Virus record (IMG/VR): IMGVR_UViG_3300018080_000015 | Location: 24,187 to 88,186 of that record | Direction: 5' to 3' (one strand) | Source: a virus | DNA length: 64,000 bases | Part shown: in pieces, positions 27,915 through 37,503 of the stretch | Numbering within the stretch: the first letter of the stretch is position 1 | Layout of the letters: every line of letters begins with the position of its first letter | The notes under the pieces: model-generated | Seen by the model: the letters and a program-made list of their open reading frames with translations, nothing else | Told to the model about the DNA's origin: nothing | Databases searched by the model: none | Translations under genes and position numbers: made by a program

Positions 27915-29902
27915 GGTCTATACCCCCACTCACCTGTGGTGACCCCATAGATGAGGACAAAGTGCTCTGGGTCGAAGTCGTAGAGTGACTTCATTCCTTG
28001 CGGTGTATCAAAGAACTGCATCCCCACAGAAATCACTTCAGAAGACCGATTTCCCTCGTAGAACCGTCCGACATAGGGACGGGCAAAGCCGTCTGGCATG
28101 CCGCGGTCTCTGTTCTTGTGGGTGGTAGCCTCTCGCAGCTGCCAACTGTTTAGCTCTTCAATATCCCAACCCGCCTTGAGAGCGACGCGCGCTATCTTCT
28201 GTCCGTATTTGAAGGTTTCATACTGCTTCGTCTCGGGGTCATAGATTTTGCCCTGCTGAGCACGGCCGAGCACGAAGTGCGTCGCTGCATCGGAGACGCG
28301 GCCGTTGCTATGCTCGAGCCAGTGCCCCATTTCATGGATTACGACATTCCTGCGGTTCGAGACAGTGATGTGGTTTGCCGTATAGGCAAAGGCGCCGCCC
28401 CCGTATTCGCTTGTCCCGCCACTGATAATCAACGGACCCTCGTCGTTACCGTAGGGCTGCTTGCCCCCAGGCATACAATCGCGGTGAACCAGACGTTGGA
28501 ACTGATCCACCCCGTCCATGACGGTGTCGCGTTTCCCGGTAACAGCGACTGGGATCGGCAGCTGATTCTTTTCCTTCGTGATTTCCTCTCGGAGCCGAGC
28601 GAAGTCGGCTTCTGTCGGATTTTTCCCAAGACGACGCTGCAGATCCTGGGACATGCGCTGGTGGGTGTCCTTGTACTCTTTTTCCTGCAGCTGGTATTTC
28701 AGCGACTCTGGTGTATCGATCTGCCGCGCCATGCGCTGCTTCGCCTTCATAACCTCAGCAGCATTGTTGAACTCCCGCTCCTCCGGAGTGGCCTCCCGCC
28801 CCCATTTCCGTACCTTGGCTGCTTCTTTGCTCGCCACCTCTTCCTGGCGCATGATCTCATCGTGCTTTTCGTTCGTGAAAGCCCGGTTGATACCAGCGCG
28901 CCCCATGTATTTGACGTCTCCGGGTTTGAGGTCTTGAAGCTCGACCTGCATTTGCCGTTCTGCCTCCGTCCCCCGCCTTGAGCCCCCGATTTGGAAGTTC
29001 TTGGGATCTGAAATCCCCGCGTAAGGCTCCCGAGGTGCGACCCTCTCAGATCGATCTGCCTCCTCTTTCTTGGCACCCTCCCCCTCTTTTTTCTTGGCCT
29101 CAGCTTTCTTCTTTTCTTCCTCGACTTCCCTCTTTTTCTTCGCCTCTTCTTCAGCCTTCCGCTTTTCCTCGGCTTCCCTCTTTTTCTTCGCCTCTTCAGC
29201 TCGCTTCTTGGCCTCCGCTTTTTTCTTCTCGTCAGCCTTCTTTTTGGCCTCTTCCTTCTTCTTCGCTTCGTCGGCCTTTCTCTTTTCTGCTTCGGCCTTC
29301 TTCTTGGCCTCTTCTTTCTTCTTCTTGTCTGCCTCGGCCTTCTTCTTTTTCTCGTCCGCAGCCCTCTTTTTCTTCTCCGCCGCTTCCTTCTTTTTGGCCT
29401 CAGTCTTCTTCTTGGCCTCTTCTTTTTTCCTCGCCGCCTCAGCCTTCTTCTTTGTCCGCTCCTTCGCCGCCTCTTTCTTCTTCGCAGGCTTCTTCTTGGT
29501 GGGCTTCTTTTTCGGCTCGGCTTTCTTCGAGGCCTTCTGAAGGAGCTCGATGCGCGCGGTTACTTTGGCCATGTCGTACCGCAACGCTCCCTGCTTGGTG
29601 ATCGGCGTGGTACTCAGCTTTCCCTCAAGCGCCCTCCTCTCACTTTGTGCGGCAGCAAGAGCCCTCTCCTTCCCCTCGGCGCTCTTGGGCACACCTTTTG
29701 GAAACAGATCCTTCTTCACGAAGCCCATCGAAGCCAGTGTCTGACCCTGACCTATTCGACACGTCTTAGCCGGAGAGATGTGCGATGCTCCGCAGGGTAT
29801 GCCCCCTCCCCTTCCGCGTCTTGCTTCGTTGATAATCTGCATCGACTCGGCGATTCGGGTGAGCTTGCTACGGGCAAGAATGCTCTTTCTGATGCACTCC
29901 AC
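27911..29902 (-). CDS. Head-associated protein with K/E/A-rich coiled coil and C-terminal zincin metallopeptidase
   Basis: HEMGH (HExxH) with downstream 'YVGRFY...SSEVISVG'; long KKKAEA-type repeats. Confidence 0.75.
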   Translation of the reverse strand: MECIRKSILARSKLTRIAESMQIINEARRGRGGGIPCGASHISPAKTCRIGQGQTLASMGFVKKDLFPKGVPKSAEGKERALAAAQSERRALEGKLSTTPITKQGALRYDMAKVTARIELLQKASKKAEPKKKPTKKKPAKKKEAAKERTKKKAEAARKKEEAKKKTEAKKKEAAEKKKRAADEKKKKAEADKKKKEEAKKKAEAEKRKADEAKKKEEAKKKADEKKKAEAKKRAEEAKKKREAEEKRKAEEEAKKKREVEEEKKKAEAKKKEGEGAKKEEADRSERVAPREPYAGISDPKNFQIGGSRRGTEAERQMQVELQDLKPGDVKYMGRAGINRAFTNEKHDEIMRQEEVASKEAAKVRKWGREATPEEREFNNAAEVMKAKQRMARQIDTPESLKYQLQEKEYKDTHQRMSQDLQRRLGKNPTEADFARLREEITKEKNQLPIPVAVTGKRDTVMDGVDQFQRLVHRDCMPGGKQPYGNDEGPLIISGGTSEYGGGAFAYTANHITVSNRRNVVIHEMGHWLEHSNGRVSDAATHFVLGRAQQGKIYDPETKQYETFKYGQKIARVALKAGWDIEELNSWQLREATTHKNRDRGMPDGFARPYVGRFYEGNRSSEVISVGMQFFDTPQGMKSLYDFDPEHFVLIYGVTTGEWGYRP

Positions 29903-30244
29903 GTTTCCAAATCCTCTCTATGTCTGCAGATAGACGACCGGTTCCCGGTACTTCAGCGAGCTTCGCTTGAATCGCTCGCAAGGTCACAAGAGCTAGGAAG
30001 TACTGCGTGGGGTCGCCTTTACGGGCGAGACTCCCGGCCTCCACGTCGCTGGTACCCATCCGGTGTCTCTCTCGAGGATGACATACGCTGTGGGCTCTCT
30101 TTGGGTGCGTGTGTGAGACAAACTTATTGTGTGAGCGCTCCATCCGTCCTCCGCCGCCGCCATCAGATAGAACTCGAGCTTGTTCCACGGCACCTTTTCC
30201 GCCTTGTACTCGTACAACATCTTATGTTTCTGCATGGTCGGCTC

Positions 30245-32029
30245 CTAAACCGATGGGATGTGGGGCACCGTGTTTGGGATCTGGTGGCTGCGAGAGATGT
30301 GCCCGAGCATCTCCTCGACGCAGAACTTGAGCTCGTCAAGATCCGCACGCAGCTCAGTGTCGTTGTCGGCGAGCCCGTAGAGCACCTCGCCCAGTTCCGA
30401 AGCGTAGTCGGAGAGAATCATACCCTCACGGGTACCAGCACGACCGAGCCGGGGCGTGGGCGGGTAGGGAGGCCTGCCGTTGCCCTGATCAGGTTGTGGT
30501 GGACCGGGAGGCTGTTGTCCTGGAGGCGGCCCGAAACGCTGCTGCATCTGCTGGGTGCGCTCCCGCTGCTTGAGCATCATCTCCAGCGTCTCTTTGACCT
30601 TATCGTCGTCGTAGCCGAGCGCTGCCTTCATGATGGCCTCGTCGGGCAGGAACATGACGCCCTTGTACTTCGCGGCCAGGTCTGCGCGGAGCATCTGCAT
30701 CCGCACATAGGCCTCGTCATCGTGGTGCGTCAGAGACGGCCATTCGAAGACGAGACGGCGCTCTCGCAGGAAGTCGATGGAGATGCCGTACGAGGCAAGG
30801 GCGTAGAAGTAGATCTCTGCCATGCCCGTCTCGAAGTAGCCTCGGATGCGGCGACACGCGCGCATGAAGCTGAGCACTTGCTCGTCGATCACGTTCCGAA
30901 TGTTCGGGCCTGTGAGACCGAGCCATGCCTCGGGGATGCGAACGCCTGCGAGGAGGTAGCGGTACTTGTGAGCGACATCCTGGATCTGCCCCACGGACGA
31001 GTCCCCCGGGATCTGAGCGATCTCGTTGTTCTTGTCCGTGAAGATGTCCTCCTCCTCCAGTATCGGGTTGCGCCCTTGCCGGGTCTGCCCGTTGTTCGGG
31101 TCGATCCAAGAGCGCTTGGTGAGGAGCTCTTTCTGCTTCTTGATGAAGGTCTCTTTGTCGTCCCCCATCAGCTTTCCGCACTCGAGCCGCCATAGGAGCC
31201 GACGGTGCGCCTTTGTGAGCCTGGCGATGGTGAGGCCTTGCTCGATGAGCTTGATCTCGTTGCACTGGGGCACCATCGAGACGAGCAGGGATTCCCCGTA
31301 GCCAGACTGGAGTTCGGATGCCATGCGGAAGTGTTGGATCTGCCAGGCGTCGAACGTGACCTCTCCGCCCTCTCCGACACCTCTGAGTGCGACGCTGCCA
31401 TACTCGGGGAGCTGGCTGTATGGTTTCTCCGGATCGAGCCGACCGTCGGGAAGCTGGTTGCGGAACATGTTGCGCTTCTCGAGGCGCTGCAGCCGCACCA
31501 TACCCTCGGGCATGAAGACCTTCTCGATCCAGTCTTCCCCGGCCCAACACATGTCGTAGACGATGTTCCAGGCGAAGCTCGGGAGCTTGAGCCTATCGTC
31601 GACCTCCTTGATCTCCTCCTTCAGCAGTTCGTCGTTGTCGCTGAAGTGGACCGAGTAGGTCTTCTTGTCGCCTTCTCCAGGCACTGGCTCGATGGCGGAA
31701 CCGCCCGCCACGTAGTCAGCATAGATCTCGATGGAGCGCTTGACGACCGAAAGCTCGAGACAGCCCTTGAAGGACTGAAGCCGTGCGCGTCGGGTGCGAC
31801 CGGGAGTGAGCGCCTCCTCGAGCTCTTGGTACTTCGAGACGAAACCTTGGTCTCGGATGTCCTTGAAGCGCTCCGAAGCTGTGTCGTGGCGGTGCTCGCC
31901 CTTCGTCAGCGGCGTTGGGTCGCCCCCGAAGAAGAGGTTTCGGATGGTGTCCACCAGCGCTTCGGAGAGCTCTTCGCCTTTAGGGATCTCCTCGGAGAGC
32001 GCTGTGCGGATTTCTTCGTTGGTTGGCAT
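30245..32029 (-). CDS. Portal protein (T4 gp20-like)
   Basis: 'QIQHFR...YGESLL', 'IARLTKA.RR', 'EEDIF', 'IQDV..KYRYLLAGVRIP'; follows TerL. Confidence 0.88.
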   Translation of the reverse strand: MPTNEEIRTALSEEIPKGEELSEALVDTIRNLFFGGDPTPLTKGEHRHDTASERFKDIRDQGFVSKYQELEEALTPGRTRRARLQSFKGCLELSVVKRSIEIYADYVAGGSAIEPVPGEGDKKTYSVHFSDNDELLKEEIKEVDDRLKLPSFAWNIVYDMCWAGEDWIEKVFMPEGMVRLQRLEKRNMFRNQLPDGRLDPEKPYSQLPEYGSVALRGVGEGGEVTFDAWQIQHFRMASELQSGYGESLLVSMVPQCNEIKLIEQGLTIARLTKAHRRLLWRLECGKLMGDDKETFIKKQKELLTKRSWIDPNNGQTRQGRNPILEEEDIFTDKNNEIAQIPGDSSVGQIQDVAHKYRYLLAGVRIPEAWLGLTGPNIRNVIDEQVLSFMRACRRIRGYFETGMAEIYFYALASYGISIDFLRERRLVFEWPSLTHHDDEAYVRMQMLRADLAAKYKGVMFLPDEAIMKAALGYDDDKVKETLEMMLKQRERTQQMQQRFGPPPGQQPPGPPQPDQGNGRPPYPPTPRLGRAGTREGMILSDYASELGEVLYGLADNDTELRADLDELKFCVEEMLGHISRSHQIPNTVPHIPSV

Positions 32030-32190
32030 CAGCTTTTACCTTGGACCTTGCGAATGCGCTTCACTGACTTGCGGAGCCGTTTCATCTTCGGTTCTCGAGC
32101 TGCCCTGTAGTCTGGGCGCTTCCCAGATGCGAAGGACGTTCTCTCGTATTTCCACGTGCCTACCTCCTGGTGGGACCTAGCTTAGAGCGC

Positions 32191-32538
32191 TCACGGTCTC
32201 CGGTCCAGCGTGAGCCCGCGCAAATCGACGTAGCTCTGGAAGGTGCGGATTGGTGGGCACCGGCTGGCAATGAGCTCGGGCGGTCCGTTGACGAAACAGT
32301 GCTTGTGTCTGCCCTCGAAGTTCTCAAGGAGCTTGAGCGCGAGCTCTTCCTGATTCGACTTCTCGGGCACGGGCCAATCGTAGAAGAGCCAGACCGATTG
32401 ACCGCAGCCGTGACAGCACAGCTCTAGGACGATGAAGCCGAGCCGTTTGACGTCTTCGTCGCAAAGGAAACAGTGGCGATGCACGTGCGGGGAGCGCGCG
32501 TTGCACTTCGTCACGTAAAATCGCTCTGGCTCGGACAT
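32191..32538 (-). CDS. Cys/His-rich hypothetical protein
   Basis: Several CxxC-like motifs; coupled to the TerL stop codon. Confidence 0.5.
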   Translation of the reverse strand: MSEPERFYVTKCNARSPHVHRHCFLCDEDVKRLGFIVLELCCHGCGQSVWLFYDWPVPEKSNQEELALKLLENFEGRHKHCFVNGPPELIASRCPPIRTFQSYVDLRGLTLDRRP

Positions 32539-34703
32539 CACAGATTGAAGTTGAAGTCTGCGAAGGGATCGGTGTTGACGTTCTCAGGAGCGCTACCGCC
32601 CATGATCTTGAGGAGCTGGCGTTCGGCCGAGTTGGCGATGTCCAGCTTCTCCATCTCCCCGAGGGTAAACGGCACCGGCTTCCTGATCACGTGAAAATCG
32701 CGAGCGATGTGCGCATGAACCGCAGCCACGCAGTCTGCCACGTCCTTGGTTCCGAGTGTGCCGTCCGCACGAGTCGCAGTGCAGTTGATCTTGTCGAGCT
32801 CGGTGTCGTACTCGAGCGAGCTGCAGTCCATGAAGAAAGGCTCGTAGGCGTAGAAGCTCGTGCGCCTGTCGATCATTGACTGTCGAAGGTACTCGTACGG
32901 TGCTGTGGTGCGCTCGAGGGAGAGAAGCTCGGCCTCGATGCCCACTGCTTCGAAGGCGTCGATGGAATCGGCCGATTGGAACTGGTCGAAGGAAACCCGC
33001 TCGAAGCCAGGATACTCGCCGAAGGCGTAGCACGCCCAGATGATATCCCTCAGACGACGGGGCTCGAGCTTGCCCCCGGGCGGAGCGTAGAACCTGCACA
33101 TCACGTCGATGATGGTGATCGGGCGCTCTTCGACGAAGAAGATCCAGCCCCCTTCAACCTCTTCGTTCTCTTCCTTTACGATGCGCTGCTTGTAGCCGCC
33201 GAAGTGACCGATGGCGAAAGCAGCCCCGCACTTCGTCCGTGCAAGGTCGCCGTGGACGTAGCGGGTCCTGTGCGGGTTGACCTTGGGGTACTTGGCGAAG
33301 TTCTCCGCAGTCTTGTGGTGGTCGTAGCGGGTCGGGTCGAACAGCTCGCCCTTCGAGTTGAGGAGCTGGGTCGGGAACTTCGAGCGAAGAATCTGGGATG
33401 CAGAGATGCCTTGAGGCTCCGGGAGCTTGAACGGGTGCTCCCTGGGGATGTCTCCGCAATCCTCGAGCCCCACACAGCCCCTGTAGATCGACGTCTCCTC
33501 CATGAACGGATTGCGGGCCAGGATGGACCAGCCCGAGATGTCCTTGATGGCTTTGTGCAGGTTGTCGATGTAGAGGTCTTTGAGCTTGTGTGGAACAGCC
33601 TGGATGCGACACCCGGCCGGCATGCGATCAGCGAGCTTCTTCAGGTCTGCTTTTTCGACTTGGTCGTCGTCCCCAAGCATACGAGACGGGTTCGCAGCGT
33701 TGCCAAGGAAGATGTAGAAGCGCTTGGTCCCGTACTTGTGGTCTGGACGGGACATCTTGGGGAGCCACTGGGGGTAGTCCAAGACGGCGACGCGGGGATT
33801 GCCCTTCGAGGTTTCGATTCTGCGCTCGAGAAAGTCGCCGGGGAACTGCTTCGAGGAGATCATGTAGAGCCGGGCGAGTACGAAGTCCTCTTCAGTGACG
33901 TAGCGGGATGCTTGGCGGCCCGCGAAGGCGTCGAAAAGCACCTTGGCCTGGTCATACTCTCCGGCGAGTTTGGAGTGGCGGGATTGTGCAGCTCCGACCA
34001 TGAAGTTGAGCTCGTCGAGACAGCCCCCGATGACGTTCTCGCCCAGGATGGAGCTCTCGCGGGAGTTGCCCGCCATCCAGACGACGTTCTGCTTCGGCCA
34101 CCAAAGCATGTCCTTGCCCGTGGGCCTGAACAGCTCGTGGTTTTGGAAGAGAGGTGAGGCCATCAGCGCATCGGTGACGTAGTTCCACATGACGTCGTGG
34201 GCACTGCGGCCGTCGACGGAAAGTGTGGCGAAGACGATGCGGGAGTCTGGAGCGTTGTCGAAGATACTTTGCGGGTTCTTCCGACAGAGCGTGTGATAGA
34301 GCTCGTAGGAGATCCCCATGTGCGCAGCGTAGTTCTTTCCCCACCCAATAGCCCCCGTCAGGATGACCTGCTTGATGAAGGGATTGTTCAGGATACGACA
34401 AAGACGGTCGAGCAGCAGCGGGTGTAGGTTGCGCCCCCGGTGCCCCATGTAGTCGTTGTCGAGAAAGAACTGCCGCGGAGAGACGGGCGGGATGTAGAAG
34501 TGCTCAGAGTCGAGCGCGTTGCGCGTTGGGGTCTTGGCCGCGTTGGTCTTTCTCTGCTTGACGCGCTCTTGGAGCTCTCGGATGAGAATGCCGCGTTGGA
34601 CTGGCGAGAATCGGTTGAGGCGCTCGATGATCGGAGGAGGAGATGGGATCTGTTCCCATCCCCCGAGCCCCTCTACCAGATGCTGGCCAATGTCAGCGCC
34701 CAT
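32538..34703 (-). CDS. Terminase large subunit
   Basis: Walker A GAIGWGKN, Walker B CLDE, nuclease motifs HGDLA, FDQFQS and KDVAD. Confidence 0.92.
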   Translation of the reverse strand: MGADIGQHLVEGLGGWEQIPSPPPIIERLNRFSPVQRGILIRELQERVKQRKTNAAKTPTRNALDSEHFYIPPVSPRQFFLDNDYMGHRGRNLHPLLLDRLCRILNNPFIKQVILTGAIGWGKNYAAHMGISYELYHTLCRKNPQSIFDNAPDSRIVFATLSVDGRSAHDVMWNYVTDALMASPLFQNHELFRPTGKDMLWWPKQNVVWMAGNSRESSILGENVIGGCLDELNFMVGAAQSRHSKLAGEYDQAKVLFDAFAGRQASRYVTEEDFVLARLYMISSKQFPGDFLERRIETSKGNPRVAVLDYPQWLPKMSRPDHKYGTKRFYIFLGNAANPSRMLGDDDQVEKADLKKLADRMPAGCRIQAVPHKLKDLYIDNLHKAIKDISGWSILARNPFMEETSIYRGCVGLEDCGDIPREHPFKLPEPQGISASQILRSKFPTQLLNSKGELFDPTRYDHHKTAENFAKYPKVNPHRTRYVHGDLARTKCGAAFAIGHFGGYKQRIVKEENEEVEGGWIFFVEERPITIIDVMCRFYAPPGGKLEPRRLRDIIWACYAFGEYPGFERVSFDQFQSADSIDAFEAVGIEAELLSLERTTAPYEYLRQSMIDRRTSFYAYEPFFMDCSSLEYDTELDKINCTATRADGTLGTKDVADCVAAVHAHIARDFHVIRKPVPFTLGEMEKLDIANSAERQLLKIMGGSAPENVNTDPFADFNFNL

Positions 34704-34708
34704 GCTGC

Positions 34709-36240
34709 TCAGCCGTGGATATCAAACTCATCGTCGGCCTCTGTAAGGTAAACGCCGCGCGCCGCAAGATCGTTTCGAGCCATGAGCTCAGCGGTGGATC
34801 GGTCGTGGCCTTTGGCCCTGTACGACTCGATGAGCCTGGCGAGCGTGATCGGCTCACCGGTGGAACTTTCGAGCCAGGCCTCAGAACGGGTTTGTTTTGT
34901 CGTCATGATCGTCCCTCTCCGGGCAGTGCTCGATGTGATGATCCCACATTTCGAGCTTGAGTTGTCGCCAGCGTCCAAGGACACTGTGACGCCTTTTGTA
35001 CCGCCAGTCTACAGGATCATCGCTCGAGCTCCACATCATCCACCAGACGTCGCGGTAGGTGCAGCCCGTGCGAAAGGTATCGTAATCCAACCCGCAGTGA
35101 GGGCACCGCTCGGACATATCCGCCATCGTGCACCTCAGAAGTGGCCAGGGGAGGGGAGAGCTCCCCCGGCCTGTGGTGCAAACGCGCCCCCGTAAGCACG
35201 TGTGGTCTTGCACCGAGCTGGTTGTGATCATAGCACCTCGTGCAAACGATTCACCAGAGGCGATAGACGCCCCAAGGTCGACGAGACTCAGACAACGACA
35301 ACTCCTCCAGATGCCGCACATAGGCCCATGCGGTAGCTGTGGGATCTGGAAGCACCTGTGAGGCTAGTAGATACTCGAAAACCACCGTCTGCATCTGCCA
35401 CAGCCGACAACCCCATTTCCTAGTTCCTTTACACGTATCCGATCCATAACAGTCTTGGTGTCTCGCGCGCGCGCGAGCGTCGAGCCAAGTCCAGCGTTCA
35501 TGCGGGATCGCTCGGATCGCCCTTGACGAAGTTAGCGTCATCCAGCATCGCACAAAGCTTCGTTTTGCCCCTCACCCTCAACTCGTTCATGTGCTCACGC
35601 TGAATATCCTCGACTATCATGGCCACTTCGAACGGGTGGTAGAAGCCCTTGTACCGAACCACCGTGCCGATAGGCTCTGAAAGCTGCTTTCGCGCCTCCG
35701 CGAGTGTCCGCTTCCTAGACCAGTAATGCTTGCCGAAGACGAGAACGTTTCCTGCGTCGTCGTAGACGGTCCAAATGCGCCCGTAGGCCGACATGGTTCT
35801 GAACACGTGGACCTTCATGCTATCGCCTGAGAGGTCCGTGCAGCTTTTCTTCAGGAACTGCGTACGGGCCTGTGGTGCTTTTGTGCCCATTGCTACCTCC
35901 TAGTAGGCTTTACACATATCTGATTCCAAGGGAGAATTTCACGTCCCTAAGATTCTCGGGGGAAAAGCTGCACGCAGTCAATGCGTTAAAGCTCCTCCCC
36001 GAGAGCCTCAGCTGCGTCTCGGATGAGCCCCATGTGATACCAATCCTCCCGCAGAAACTTGTTGGCATCGTTGTACAGCGACACGATGTTGTCCTGGTTG
36101 CTTCGTGGGGCGCCCATGACATCGCAGAGCTGCCTGAGTCTCCCGGCAGCGAGCGCGAGCTTGTAGAGCTGCTTGCAGTGACACGGAAAGTTCTCAGGCA
36201 GGGCTCCTGAGTTGTGAGGACAATGGGGTAGGTGCTTCAT
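34709..36240 (-). other. Cluster of small hypothetical ORFs (34709-34906, 34881-35126, 35498-35890, 35986-36240)
   Basis: Short minus-strand ORFs, several with SD-like sequences; 34881-35126 has CPHC and a W-rich body. Confidence 0.5.
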
Positions 36241-36341
36241 TTTTTACGTCCTGGAAATAACGCCGACTTCAAAACGAGGCAAAGACCTGATGGTGCTCGG
36301 CGTGGTAGATGACCTTTGAAGACGAGAACGCGGGAGCTGGC

Positions 36342-36959
36342 TCAATCGCTTTTACGGAGTAGAACAGTTTGCTTCACGTTGTAGCCGTGCTCGAGCCAAA
36401 CCTTCCACCTCAGCAACTCCTCTACGGCGGGGGACTTGAAGGGCTCCTTCAGCATGTCGATGGGGCGGAAGCCTCCCGGCTCGCAATCGGTGTTCTCCTT
36501 GAGCACCCTGTGTCGGGAGTCTTCGACGGTGTTCGTCACCAGGATGGCAGAGCTCTCCTCGAAGTAGAGGGTGAGCATGCGGAGGCACTCCCACAGAGGC
36601 CAATGCTGAAGCACGTCCTTGACGATGATGAGGTCTGCGCGGACGGTGAAGTCCCGGATGTCGGCACAGACGAAAGCGATATTGCGCTTTGCGAAGCGGG
36701 CGGAGAGCTTTCTGATTAGAGGCTCGACAACGTCCACGCCGAGGTAGTCGACGTTGCCCCAGTCGACGTGCCGGGAGAATGTCCAATCTCCGCAGCCGAG
36801 ATCCAGGACCGTCTTGATGCCGCGCTCCGCGATGAGAGCCTCCAGGAGCTCTCTGTAGGGCTTCGTGGCCGTGAGGGTAGAGCCGCAGCCGCTGATGGGG
36901 TCGTGGGGCGAGACGGCCCATTCTCGCTGCTCGTAGATACGGGTGAATGTCTGCCTCAT
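36342..36959 (-). CDS. Class I SAM-dependent methyltransferase
   Basis: 'VLDLGCGD', 'YLGVDVV', 'DLIIVKDVLQHW'. Confidence 0.88.
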   Translation of the reverse strand: MRQTFTRIYEQREWAVSPHDPISGCGSTLTATKPYRELLEALIAERGIKTVLDLGCGDWTFSRHVDWGNVDYLGVDVVEPLIRKLSARFAKRNIAFVCADIRDFTVRADLIIVKDVLQHWPLWECLRMLTLYFEESSAILVTNTVEDSRHRVLKENTDCEPGGFRPIDMLKEPFKSPAVEELLRWKVWLEHGYNVKQTVLLRKSD

Positions 36960-37374
36960 GGCTTCACCGGGTCTGGGGTAAAGTAGAGTGGGATGTACGG
37001 ATACAGCCGCAGTCGATTCTTACATCGGGAGCAGATATCCACAAACCGACCCCCTTCTTCAGAAATACAGACACCAAAGTGCTCGGCGGGATACATCTCG
37101 CAGAGCTCGCAGTGAATGACATCTCCGCACTCGTCCTTCCTGTGCTTGCTCATGTGTCCTCTCGAGGAAATGTCTTCGATAGCTGCTCGAAGAAGCTCCG
37201 CGTCTTCTCGTCGTAGGGGATCAGTGCCCCCGCAAAGTCGCCCGATGACTTGTAGGCGTACTGCCTGTTGCAACGGTGACAGCGGACGAGCAAGCTCTGC
37301 CCACTGAGCGCCCGCTCGAAGACGAGTTGGTGGCCAAAGACGAGACAGATCAGGCGCCGGAAGAGAAGAATCAT
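36956..37374 (-). other. Two small Cys-rich ORFs (36956-37153, 37150-37374)
   Basis: Overlapping start/stop codons; CxxC motifs. Confidence 0.5.
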
Positions 37375-37503
37375 TCTTCAGGCTCCTCATTCGGATCTGG
37401 CATGGGAACAATCCAAGTGGGCTGGTTGAAGTGCACTGTAGCCTCCTTGAGTAGAGCGGTGCTTGCCCCCTTCAGCTTTTTGATGTTTTCCTCGGTCTTG
37501 GAG

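Noticed and set aside
29070-29540. DNA tandem repeat or hydrophobic plus-strand ORF
   Set aside because: It is the antisense of the K/E/A low-complexity coiled coil in 27911-29902
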